This document shows, piece after piece, positions 9,688-18,517 of a stretch of 64,000 bases of DNA (positions are counted from its first letter, which is position 1; each line of letters begins with the position of its first letter). Location: assembly GCA_051532035.1 (NCBI GenBank), contig JAOPTW010000013.1, forward strand, positions 333,345 through 397,344, in the 5' to 3' direction. A program made the translations under genes and the position numbers. The notes below the pieces were generated by a model. It saw only the letters and a program-made list of their open reading frames with translations, searched no databases and was not told the DNA's origin. Source of the DNA: Fibrobacterales bacterium. GTDB lineage: Bacteria > Fibrobacterota > Fibrobacteria > Fibrobacterales > JAOPTW01.

Positions 9688-11424
9688 ATGAGTAAAAAAC
9701 GGGTAAGTATCAGCAGTGTTTTTAAAACCATTATCTGGCCCAGAAGAAAGCTTCTTTTTGTGGGGCTCATTCTCATTATAATCAGCCGGCTGGCTGGCCT
9801 CGTACTCCCCGGAGCTACAAAATACCTTATGGATGAAGTGGTCATGCAGAAAGACTTTGAAAAGCTCGTCACCATTATAACCTGGGTAGGTACTGCGATC
9901 ATAATCCAGTCTATCACCTCTTTTTTGCTCACTCGGTTACTGAGCGTGGAAGCCCAGCGGCTTATAGCCCAACTTCGTGTGAAGGTTCAGCAAAAAGTAC
10001 TCAGTCTCCCCATTCATTTTTTTGACAACAGTAAGTCGGGTGAACTCGTCTCTCGCATCATGACAGATGTAGAAGGAGTACGCAACCTCGTTGGCACCGG
10101 CCTCGTCCAATTGGTCGGTGGTACATTAACCTCAGTTATATCACTGGGTCTCCTCATAAGTATCAGCCCTACCATGACTGCCTACATATTGATTCCTATA
10201 GCTATCTTTGGCTTTATCGCTATGAAAGCATTTGCATTTATCCGCCCCATCTTTCGGGAGCGAGGCAAAATTAATGCAGAGGTAACTGGGCGACTTACCG
10301 AAACATTGAACGGCATCAGAGTCATAAAAGGCTTTAATGCAGAAGCCCACGAAATACTCACCTTCGAGAAAGGGGTCTTTGCCCTCTACAATAACATCAA
10401 ACAGAGTCTGACCTCCACGGCGATAGTAACCAGCTCCTCTGCCCTGCTCCTCGGTACTGCATCTGCCGGAATCATGGGTATCGGCGGATATATGATGATG
10501 CATAATGAACTGACCGTTGGAGACTTTCTTGCCTTTACCATTTATTTGGGTTTTCTCATAGCCCCCATTGTGCAAATGAGTAATATTGGAAGTCAACTCA
10601 CTGAAGGCTTTGCCGGTCTTGATCGCACCGAAGAACTCATGAATTTTGAATCTGAGCATGACGCGGAGCACCGGACTATTGCCCTTGAAAAGTTTGAAGG
10701 GGATGTGCTATTCGATGATGTCTCCTTTCACTATCACGAAGAAAAAACCGTTCTCAATAATGTCTCACTTGAAGCACCTGCTGGGTCTGTTACAGCCCTT
10801 GTTGGTTCTTCCGGATCAGGCAAGAGCACTATTGCTGGGCTCGTTTCATCATTTCTTAATCCCGAGACCGGAACCATAACCATAGACGGAGTCGATCTTT
10901 CAAAAGTCACGCTTGAAAGTTATCGGAAGCACCTTGGGGTCGTCTTGCAGGATGATTTTCTGTTTGAAGGTACCATTCGAGAGAATATCTGTTTCCCACG
11001 ACCCGACGCTACTGAAGTAGAGGTTCTTGCCGCAGTAAAGGCGGGCTATGTTAACGAATTTACCGACCGCTTTGAAAAAGGCTTAGAGACCATAATTGGT
11101 GAACGTGGAGTAAAGCTTTCTGGAGGTCAGCGTCAAAGGATAGCTATAGCCCGGGCGCTCTTGGCAGACCCTAAAATACTGATACTTGATGAAGCCACCT
11201 CGAACCTCGATACTGAAAGTGAATCAATGATTCAGAAAAGTTTGACTGAATTGATGAAAGGGAGAACAACTTTTGTTATTGCTCACCGGCTGAGTACCAT
11301 CCGTAAAGCCGATCAGATTCTGGTTATTGAGCGTGGATCAGTTGCCGAGCGCGGTACCCATGATGAGCTTATCGCTCTGGAAGGTCGATATCATGAATTG
11401 TTTACCTATCAGGCACGTATTTAG
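9688..11424 (+). CDS. ABC exporter, fused permease/ATP-binding (Sav1866/MsbA-like)
   Basis: Multi-TM N-terminal half, Walker A GSSGSGKST, LSGGQRQR, ILDEATS, IAHRLST. Confidence 0.93.
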   Translation: MSKKRVSISSVFKTIIWPRRKLLFVGLILIIISRLAGLVLPGATKYLMDEVVMQKDFEKLVTIITWVGTAIIIQSITSFLLTRLLSVEAQRLIAQLRVKVQQKVLSLPIHFFDNSKSGELVSRIMTDVEGVRNLVGTGLVQLVGGTLTSVISLGLLISISPTMTAYILIPIAIFGFIAMKAFAFIRPIFRERGKINAEVTGRLTETLNGIRVIKGFNAEAHEILTFEKGVFALYNNIKQSLTSTAIVTSSSALLLGTASAGIMGIGGYMMMHNELTVGDFLAFTIYLGFLIAPIVQMSNIGSQLTEGFAGLDRTEELMNFESEHDAEHRTIALEKFEGDVLFDDVSFHYHEEKTVLNNVSLEAPAGSVTALVGSSGSGKSTIAGLVSSFLNPETGTITIDGVDLSKVTLESYRKHLGVVLQDDFLFEGTIRENICFPRPDATEVEVLAAVKAGYVNEFTDRFEKGLETIIGERGVKLSGGQRQRIAIARALLADPKILILDEATSNLDTESESMIQKSLTELMKGRTTFVIAHRLSTIRKADQILVIERGSVAERGTHDELIALEGRYHELFTYQARI

Positions 11425-11440
11425 CTCTTCCTCTCAAAAT

Positions 11441-11466
11441 ACAGGTTACCCACCTAAGTAACCTGT
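11441..11466 (+). terminator. Intergenic hairpin (possible terminator or stability element)
   Basis: ACAGGTTAC-8nt-GTAACCTGT, 17 nt after the ABC stop. No U-tract. Confidence 0.4.
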
Positions 11467-11500
11467 CACATTTATCAATCAAAATGCTACCATTGCCCTC

Positions 11501-13750
11501 ATGAAGAGAGAAATTGAATTATTGGCACCAGGTGGAGACCTGGACTCTATTAAAGCTGCAATTGTAGCTGGTGCAAATGCTGTATATTGTGGGCTGAGCT
11601 CATTTAACGCACGAAACCGCGCAACAAACCTCTCTTTTGATGAGTTACAAGGTGTTTTGCACTTAGCTCATTCTCACAATTGTGAAGTATTTCTCACCCT
11701 CAATATTATTATCCTCCAAAGTGAAATTTCTGCTCTAGTCACTCTATTGAACCGGTTGGTTAATACAAGTATCGACGGGATTATCGTGCAAGATATTGGC
11801 CTATTTTATCTCCTGTCTCGTCATTTTAGATCCCTAAAGGTACATGCGTCAACCCAAGTGACCACCCATAATGCTGGTCAGATAGCCTTTATGGCGGGGC
11901 TCAATGCCACTCGAGTAAATCTTTCACGAGAACTCAGCATAGATGAAATTGCTCACCTGAACGGTGTCGCTCATGAACATGGCTTACTAACCGAGGTGTT
12001 TGTCCATGGGTCCAATTGTATTTCATTTTCGGGCCTCTGTACTATGAGTTCCCTCCATGGTGGGCAATCGGGAAATCGAGGCCGCTGTAGTCAACCCTGC
12101 AGAGATGCCTATACTACCACTGCGAAAGGAAACAGTTATCCCCTCAACATAAAAGATACCTCTGCCTTTTTTGACCTCAAAGCGTTGGCCAATGCTGGCG
12201 TGGATTCCTTTAAGATTGAGGGGAGAATAAAAAAGTTTGAGTATGTGTATACTGTTGTAGATACTTGGCGTCGAGAACTCCAGAGGTTCTACGGTAATCA
12301 AAGCTTGAATAACGACAACAGTGGACTCTACAAAGTGTTTAATCGTGACTTTACCAATGATCTTCTGTCGGGTAGCATCACGAGTGATATGTTTATTGAT
12401 AACCCACGCGATAACTCATTGATACATCTCGCTGAAACTAAAAATTTTACAACGGCAGAAGCGCAAGAGAATGGCGTACGCGCATTTTATAATGAGAAAG
12501 AGATGCGCACGAAGGCAATTGAGCAACAGATCACTCCCCTGAGTACAAAACGAGCTCCGGTATCGCTCACTGTTTCAGGAGAAGCAGGAGAACTACTCAA
12601 GGTATCCATTAGCACAGGTCAGCACTCTTTTACAATAGAGTCGTCGAGTGTACTCGTCGAAACCGCACAACAACCTTTGAGCAAAAAGATACTACTCACG
12701 CGCTTTAAGTCGATTGCCGAGACAGAGTACTCTCTAAAAGAGCTGGATATTTCAGGACTTAAGCCCAACCTGTTTCTCCCCTTTCGCGAGATTACGGTAT
12801 TAAAGAATGAGCTTCTGTATCTTCTCAATGATAACAGAGAAACAGTCGATCCTGTTGTTCTTCCAAAAATTGAGCATACAGCTCAGCAGAAGAAGAGTGC
12901 CCCTCCTCAGCTATCAATACTCATTGATTCAGAGAAGGATATTCCACTCCATGAAGCATCAGACATCAGAGTCTATTTTCAATTACCAAACTCCTTAAAT
13001 ATCCATTGTGACGAGTATGTTAACCTCTTTAAGCAGAATGATTTTCTCATTCCCTGGTTCCCCTCAGTATTGATTGCAGAAGAGTATTCTCAGGCGATTA
13101 AGCTATTAGAACGCCTAAATCCAAGGGTAATAGTAACGAATAATACGGGTATTGGCCATGAAGCGTATCGACTTGGAATCCCATGGATTGCGGGACCTGA
13201 TATTCATTGTGTGAACTCCTATAGCTTACAATGCTTAAAGGAACAGTTCAATTGTGTGGGGGCATTTGTCTCTAATGAACTGAACAACAGACAAATCAGT
13301 ACTCTTGCAAAGCCCGATGATTTTGATCTCTACTTCAGCATTTATCACCCTATTAAACTCATGACGAGTAGGCTGTGCCTTTTTCACCCAGTGACTGGTT
13401 GTGATAAACATGTAATAGATGGTACCTGTATTTCGGGCTGTACCAAGCGGTCCGAAATCACTAACCTCAAAGAAATCTCCTTTGTACTTGAGAAGTCTAA
13501 AGGGAATTATCATACAGTGTATAGCGCCCATAACTATTTGAATACTGATATTGTAACTGAGCTTCCTGATAGGTTTTCAGGTTTTATGATTGATCTTCGC
13601 CATAAGAAGACACAGACAACCGTGTCGGTGACACAAACAGACCTCGTTAAAGCTTTTACGAAGGCCCTTGCAGGCGACGCTGCGACCATCACGGATCTGT
13701 ATCGGATCATTAGGCCTACAACGAATATTCAGTACAGTAAGGGTATTTAG
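11501..13750 (+). CDS. U32 family protein (RlhA/TrhP-like RNA hydroxylation) with DUF3656-like region
   Basis: ELLAPGG, HASTQ, Fe-S Cys motif CISFSGLC...NRGRCSQPCR, and SFKIEGR. Confidence 0.88.
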   Translation: MKREIELLAPGGDLDSIKAAIVAGANAVYCGLSSFNARNRATNLSFDELQGVLHLAHSHNCEVFLTLNIIILQSEISALVTLLNRLVNTSIDGIIVQDIGLFYLLSRHFRSLKVHASTQVTTHNAGQIAFMAGLNATRVNLSRELSIDEIAHLNGVAHEHGLLTEVFVHGSNCISFSGLCTMSSLHGGQSGNRGRCSQPCRDAYTTTAKGNSYPLNIKDTSAFFDLKALANAGVDSFKIEGRIKKFEYVYTVVDTWRRELQRFYGNQSLNNDNSGLYKVFNRDFTNDLLSGSITSDMFIDNPRDNSLIHLAETKNFTTAEAQENGVRAFYNEKEMRTKAIEQQITPLSTKRAPVSLTVSGEAGELLKVSISTGQHSFTIESSSVLVETAQQPLSKKILLTRFKSIAETEYSLKELDISGLKPNLFLPFREITVLKNELLYLLNDNRETVDPVVLPKIEHTAQQKKSAPPQLSILIDSEKDIPLHEASDIRVYFQLPNSLNIHCDEYVNLFKQNDFLIPWFPSVLIAEEYSQAIKLLERLNPRVIVTNNTGIGHEAYRLGIPWIAGPDIHCVNSYSLQCLKEQFNCVGAFVSNELNNRQISTLAKPDDFDLYFSIYHPIKLMTSRLCLFHPVTGCDKHVIDGTCISGCTKRSEITNLKEISFVLEKSKGNYHTVYSAHNYLNTDIVTELPDRFSGFMIDLRHKKTQTTVSVTQTDLVKAFTKALAGDAATITDLYRIIRPTTNIQYSKGI

Positions 13751-14949
13751 TTCACTTCGATCTCTGTATTTATCTTATTAAATGATATCTCTTCCATATC
13801 ATCCATCCAGCCCGCATTTTCATCAAACTGCATAATCATCATACGGCTTGCCATATCGGGTTGTTCAGGTCGAGAATGAATTTGCTTGAGAATGAGCTTG
13901 TCTTCCATTCTTCCACAAATTTCAATTTTACCACTGTCATGGCCCATAATAAATTTAAACCGCTTGGCATAGCCATCCAATGTTTGACGTGCGGTGTCTA
14001 CCATATCAACTCCTACCATGAGCGGCACTTGGAAATGATGACGTACACGCGTGACAGGCATACATTGATAGAGATAGTACGGATTTACCCCTATTTTGGT
14101 GAGGCCATTCATAAGGTTTTCTATTGCTTCAACGCTATCATTCACCCCTTTAAGGAGCACAGCCTGATTATTAACCGTTATGCCCGCTTCTCTGATTTTG
14201 AGTACTGCGGCAGTTGCTGCTTCGGTGATTTCATTAGCATGATTGAAGTGGGTTGGAATATAGAGCGTTTTCTTTTTATTAAATTCTTTAAGGTAGTCCA
14301 TCAGTTCTTCATCAAAAAATCTCATAGGATACACAACAGGTGTTCGAGTACCAATGCGTACAAAATTAACATGCTCAATATCGATGAGGCAATCAAGCAT
14401 CTTCTTTAATCGCTTGGTACCGATGAGCATTGGGTCTCCACCCGAAATAACGACATTTGTTATTTCGGTATGCTCCCGTATGTACTCAGCAGCCCTCTGA
14501 AAATTCTCTACAGTCTTGTCATTAGGCAGTCCAACAATTGCCTTTCTAAAGCAGTGTCGACAATACATAGAGCAGTAGTCAGTTGCCACTATTAGAGCCG
14601 AATACGGGTATTTATGTAAAATACCATTACCCTTATTATGTTTGTCATCACCATAAGGGTCTTTAGTGGTTTCACCCATACTCCCCATAGTCGTGAGCTC
14701 ATCAACACTCGGAACTGCAAGTTTTTTAATGGGGTCATTTGCATCGGATCTATCAATAAGATTGAGATAATAGCGCGGGATATTCATGGGGTGCTTTTCG
14801 GCCACCTCCCTTAATTCGCTTTCTACCTCATCTGATAAGTCTATATAGCGTTTCAATTCATCAATAGTTGTAATATTGTTCTTTAGTTCTTTCTGCCAAT
14901 CAAGCTCGAACCAATTTAAAGTATTGAGTTGCTCTTCTGTATCACTGAT
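13747..14949 (-). CDS. KamA family radical SAM protein (lysine 2,3-aminomutase-like); start uncertain (TTG 14856 or ATC 14949)
   Basis: HKYP, CSMYCRHCFR, SGGDP, RIGTR, THFNH, NQAVLLKGVND, PYYL. The KamA-type N-terminal segment DWQKELKNNITTIDEL lies in frame upstream of 14856. Confidence 0.88.
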   Translation of the reverse strand: MSDTEEQLNTLNWFELDWQKELKNNITTIDELKRYIDLSDEVESELREVAEKHPMNIPRYYLNLIDRSDANDPIKKLAVPSVDELTTMGSMGETTKDPYGDDKHNKGNGILHKYPYSALIVATDYCSMYCRHCFRKAIVGLPNDKTVENFQRAAEYIREHTEITNVVISGGDPMLIGTKRLKKMLDCLIDIEHVNFVRIGTRTPVVYPMRFFDEELMDYLKEFNKKKTLYIPTHFNHANEITEAATAAVLKIREAGITVNNQAVLLKGVNDSVEAIENLMNGLTKIGVNPYYLYQCMPVTRVRHHFQVPLMVGVDMVDTARQTLDGYAKRFKFIMGHDSGKIEICGRMEDKLILKQIHSRPEQPDMASRMMIMQFDENAGWMDDMEEISFNKINTEIEVN

Positions 14950-15098
14950 CCTGCTACCTCGAGTAATTCCAAAAACATTTAGAATAGTATTCTATAGCAT
15001 AAACCTAATATAATTTTGTTTAGACATGTAAATATTTAACGTGAACATAAATTGAATGCATCATTATTTTTGCCTATTTTGATTACCCCTCAATAAAA

Positions 15099-16469
15099 TT
15101 ACCACATTACCGGCATTACAACAGAGTTCCCCTGGTGGACAACTCGGATAATAACCAGTTGTATACTCAACACATCGGTATCGATTGCAAAACCAGTCAC
15201 TCCAACAGGACGTATTGGAATTTGCGCACCAGTCACACTATAGGCCCGCATAGAGTCTACGGGTTTACTGGTTATTATGGAGATATGGTGCGGCCCTATA
15301 TTCTGTACAGTAATGCCTAAGGGAGTATCGTCATACTGAAGAGAAGCTACCTGGTGAGACATTTTAGTAGTACTTGATGACTCGGGTTCAGAACTACTCT
15401 CATCCTGTACCGAAGAGATAGCCTCTATATCCGATGACACTGCTTCACTTGAAGATGATACACTCACTACAGAAGAACTTAAAAGCTCCTTTTCCCTTTG
15501 CTTCTCTCTTAACTGATACTCTCTACACCCCTCCGATTCATACGGCAATGGAATAAGTTGTTCTTTCAGTGCGGTTATAGTCTCCAACCAGTTTTTGTCA
15601 GGGTTTGACTGTGATAACCCTATCAGCCCTTCACTAATTCGAGCATTAAGATTATTAATATCATCCCAGTCGTAATTATGACCCTGATCAGCCCCATCAA
15701 CTCCGTATCCTGCATCGGCAATAATCTGTTTCTGTGTTAACCCAAACACATCTTGGTACGTGGTATGATTGTTCACAAATATTTTTGAAGAAGCACCATT
15801 TGAACTTCCTCCTGATGTATTCATGTAATCAATAAGGGGAAATTGATGAGTGAATGAAGAGAGCCATGGCTGTTGATCTATCCATGGCGAGACATCCATT
15901 GAAATAAGAGCATTGGGCATGTGTGTCATTATCTGTTCAATAATATCCTGGAGTAATGAAGCCATTTCTGGGTAACTGATCCCTCCCCCTTCCTGTTCAT
16001 CTGTGGTGTACTGATGAAAGTCAGGCTCCAGAAGCCAGATAAGGGTTCTCTCTGTGCCATATACTTTTGCCGTTTCTTTGGCAAAATCCCCATACCGAGT
16101 CACGATTACATCTCGGTTTTCTCTAATGTACCCCGCTCCCTTTTTACACAAATTATTGTCACTGACATTACAATCATCAATCTTGAGTTCTTTTTTGGCC
16201 ATAAAGGCAATGAGATACGAAAAGTAGGCCGGTGTAAAAATTTCCTTTTCATCATACTGGAGTACATATTCAAGGAGCTCACGCTCAACACTTCCGAAAT
16301 TATCCCACCCAATCCAAGTATATACAAAGTTTATATTGGTGTAGTCAGAGTCAGTCCCATGCCAGTAACGGCCAAAATTAAATGCACAGGGATTAAAGTC
16401 TGCAAGAGTCACCTGGACAGAAAGGAGGAAACCTAAACATACATACAAATACTTGTTAACTCTCATCAC
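15099..16469 (-). CDS. Secreted putative glycoside hydrolase (GH6-like motifs) with Ser-rich linker and T9SS-like CTD
   Basis: Signal peptide. Motifs DDCN, WLLEPDF, ISMDVSPW, IADAGYG. Poly-Ser linker. C-terminal RAYSVTGAQ. Confidence 0.5.
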   Translation of the reverse strand: MMRVNKYLYVCLGFLLSVQVTLADFNPCAFNFGRYWHGTDSDYTNINFVYTWIGWDNFGSVERELLEYVLQYDEKEIFTPAYFSYLIAFMAKKELKIDDCNVSDNNLCKKGAGYIRENRDVIVTRYGDFAKETAKVYGTERTLIWLLEPDFHQYTTDEQEGGGISYPEMASLLQDIIEQIMTHMPNALISMDVSPWIDQQPWLSSFTHQFPLIDYMNTSGGSSNGASSKIFVNNHTTYQDVFGLTQKQIIADAGYGVDGADQGHNYDWDDINNLNARISEGLIGLSQSNPDKNWLETITALKEQLIPLPYESEGCREYQLREKQREKELLSSSVVSVSSSSEAVSSDIEAISSVQDESSSEPESSSTTKMSHQVASLQYDDTPLGITVQNIGPHHISIITSKPVDSMRAYSVTGAQIPIRPVGVTGFAIDTDVLSIQLVIIRVVHQGNSVVMPVMW

Positions 16470-16698
16470 ATTTTCTCCGCTTTTTTAGTCTACATCTTAG
16501 GGGGTTCGTGCCAAATATACCCAATAGAATCCTAACATAAAAGTGATAGCGTGAAATTACAAAGTTGTATTTGCTTATTTTACCTGAATTTACATAGCCC
16601 TGTATACCAGATGGATTTGCGGCACTTGAAGTGAATCCATTGATTTTCTAGTACCAATCTAATTACATAATCACTTGTTCCATAAATGGCCCAATCCT

Positions 16699-18261
16699 TT
16701 ATTTACTATGAGTAAATGAAAAGCGTTCTCCATTGATTACTATTATATACAGTCCTGATTGCATAGTAATAGCATTTACTTCGGTAACCGACAAAGTCCT
16801 CCCCATTATATCGTAGAGTAATACGTTTGATTTTTGAATGAGTAGTTGCTGAAATTGAGCATGAGAGAGTTCCTTAATGTGTTGTATTGGGTACAATCCG
16901 GCAACACCGTTATTCAATGCATCAGATGAAAGCCCCAAAAAACTATTCGATTGTGCACTCAGGTAAGTATCATTATTATCTTTTTCAGCCGATGATAGTG
17001 TTCCATTAGAAAGGTATTCAACCGAACTACTATGAGCGTCCTGAAAGAAATCACTTGAACGAAACTCCTCTAGTGAGGAGATTAACATTTCTGAAGAAGT
17101 CAAATGTAATGGAGATGAAAATGACGCTCCTGAAGACACAGAACTTAAAGCAGATGAGGATGACACTCCTGATGATACCGAACTTAATGCAGATGAATAT
17201 GATACTTCTGAAGACACAGAACTTAATGCAGATGACGATGACACTTCTGAAGATACAGAACTTAATACAGATGACGATGACACTTCTGAAGACACCGAAC
17301 TTAAACGGGATGACGATGAGGGTTGATTTGACGAATATACATGCTGGCTCGATGAACTTATTTGGGCACTCGAACTTATGGCTCCCGAAAGACAGGTTCT
17401 TGGATATTCATTTACGGTCTCCCACGCAAGTCGCTGTAATACCGCTGCTTGCGCACTGGTTGGTATTTCATCATAAGAGCCTCCCCACTGTGTTCGCAGT
17501 TCATTGGTGAGTCCTTGAGGGTTTTGGTTATGTAACATCGCAAAGTGAATGAGTGCGATGTAGTATCTCCCCATGTCATTGAGATGAATGTGATCTTCAA
17601 ACAATGCATCCATTTGTGATATTCCAGGTAGTTCACCCGCCATAACAGCATCATATAGTTTTATAAGACCTTGGCCTCCAGGAATCATGCATACTGGTTT
17701 TTCAGGGTTGTGTGCTGAATTAAGCGAATCTACTATTCGTTCCCATACGTCAAGATCATCAACTAGTTTTTGCCGCCATGCCTCCACCGCTGGCACATGT
17801 GCACAGTCTGCTCCAATTCCATTAGGTAAACAATGCCATATTTCATACACATACACCTGAATACCGGGATTATGATCTTCTGCATAGAGATAAAAACTAT
17901 CAGCAATTGGGTGGGTAAGTTTTAGATTATTTAAATTTCTCGGTACGCTCTCAGTCATAATAAATGCATCAAAATCACCTGCAGGCAATCCATTATTTTC
18001 TTCAAAAAAAGAGCGGGCATGTGGCCGAGTACTAGGATTGTTTTCAGCCTTTTTTCCCCAATGAAAAACCAAAGGAGACCCAGGAATAGATTGAAATTCC
18101 CAATCAAATTGCACACTAGGGCGATCTTCAGATAACCTATGTACCATTGAAGGTATATAATCCGTTAAACTGTGCCCAATATAATATGCGTTAGTACTCT
18201 GTGAATAACTCTCAATAGTACATAAAAGCATCACCCAAATAAAACCTACTATTAATCTCAT
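16699..18261 (-). CDS. Secreted SGNH/GDSL-like hydrolase with tandem Ser-rich linker and T9SS-like CTD
   Basis: Block I-like IGHSL, D-x-x-H (DHIH), and C-terminal LYDIMGR...SGLYII. Confidence 0.65.
   Translation of the reverse strand: MRLIVGFIWVMLLCTIESYSQSTNAYYIGHSLTDYIPSMVHRLSEDRPSVQFDWEFQSIPGSPLVFHWGKKAENNPSTRPHARSFFEENNGLPAGDFDAFIMTESVPRNLNNLKLTHPIADSFYLYAEDHNPGIQVYVYEIWHCLPNGIGADCAHVPAVEAWRQKLVDDLDVWERIVDSLNSAHNPEKPVCMIPGGQGLIKLYDAVMAGELPGISQMDALFEDHIHLNDMGRYYIALIHFAMLHNQNPQGLTNELRTQWGGSYDEIPTSAQAAVLQRLAWETVNEYPRTCLSGAISSSAQISSSSQHVYSSNQPSSSSRLSSVSSEVSSSSVLSSVSSEVSSSSALSSVSSEVSYSSALSSVSSGVSSSSALSSVSSGASFSSPLHLTSSEMLISSLEEFRSSDFFQDAHSSSVEYLSNGTLSSAEKDNNDTYLSAQSNSFLGLSSDALNNGVAGLYPIQHIKELSHAQFQQLLIQKSNVLLYDIMGRTLSVTEVNAITMQSGLYIIVINGERFSFTHSK
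17114..17319. repeat. 39-bp tandem repeat, about 5.3 copies, encoding (SSSSALSSVSSEV)n
   Basis: Units start at 17114, 17153, 17192, 17231, 17270 and 17309 (partial). Consensus GATGACGATGACACTTCTGAAGACACAGAACTTAATGCA. Confidence 0.95.
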
Positions 18262-18517
18262 ATACCATCAAACCCCATGTGTTAGTCATCTAAATGTATC
18301 TAAACGAGCGGATTTATGGATAGACTGTAAATGTTACCGTTGAGTACTCGATCAACGGCATTTTGTTGAAGGGACGGATTTTTTTGGGTTTCGTAAGTGG
18401 TCGCTCACAGCGATTACTTTACGCACTGCAACTCTATTTTCAATTTGAATGGCTTCTGAGGGCACTTATATTATTGCAAAAGTACAAGTGCCCTGTGTCA
18501 GTCCATAGCCCGTATAT

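Noticed and set aside
14992..15000. Pyrrolysine/amber read-through at ATG-CTA-TAG upstream of KamA
   Set aside because: No pyl genes seen, TAG is used as a normal stop throughout the window, and the intervening peptide does not look conserved.
17114..17319. CRISPR-like periodic repeat
   Set aside because: Contiguous in-frame tandem units with no unique spacers and no cas genes.
17055..17510. Plus-strand repetitive ORF (MTLLKTQNL...)
   Set aside because: Antisense shadow of the 39-bp Ser-linker repeat.
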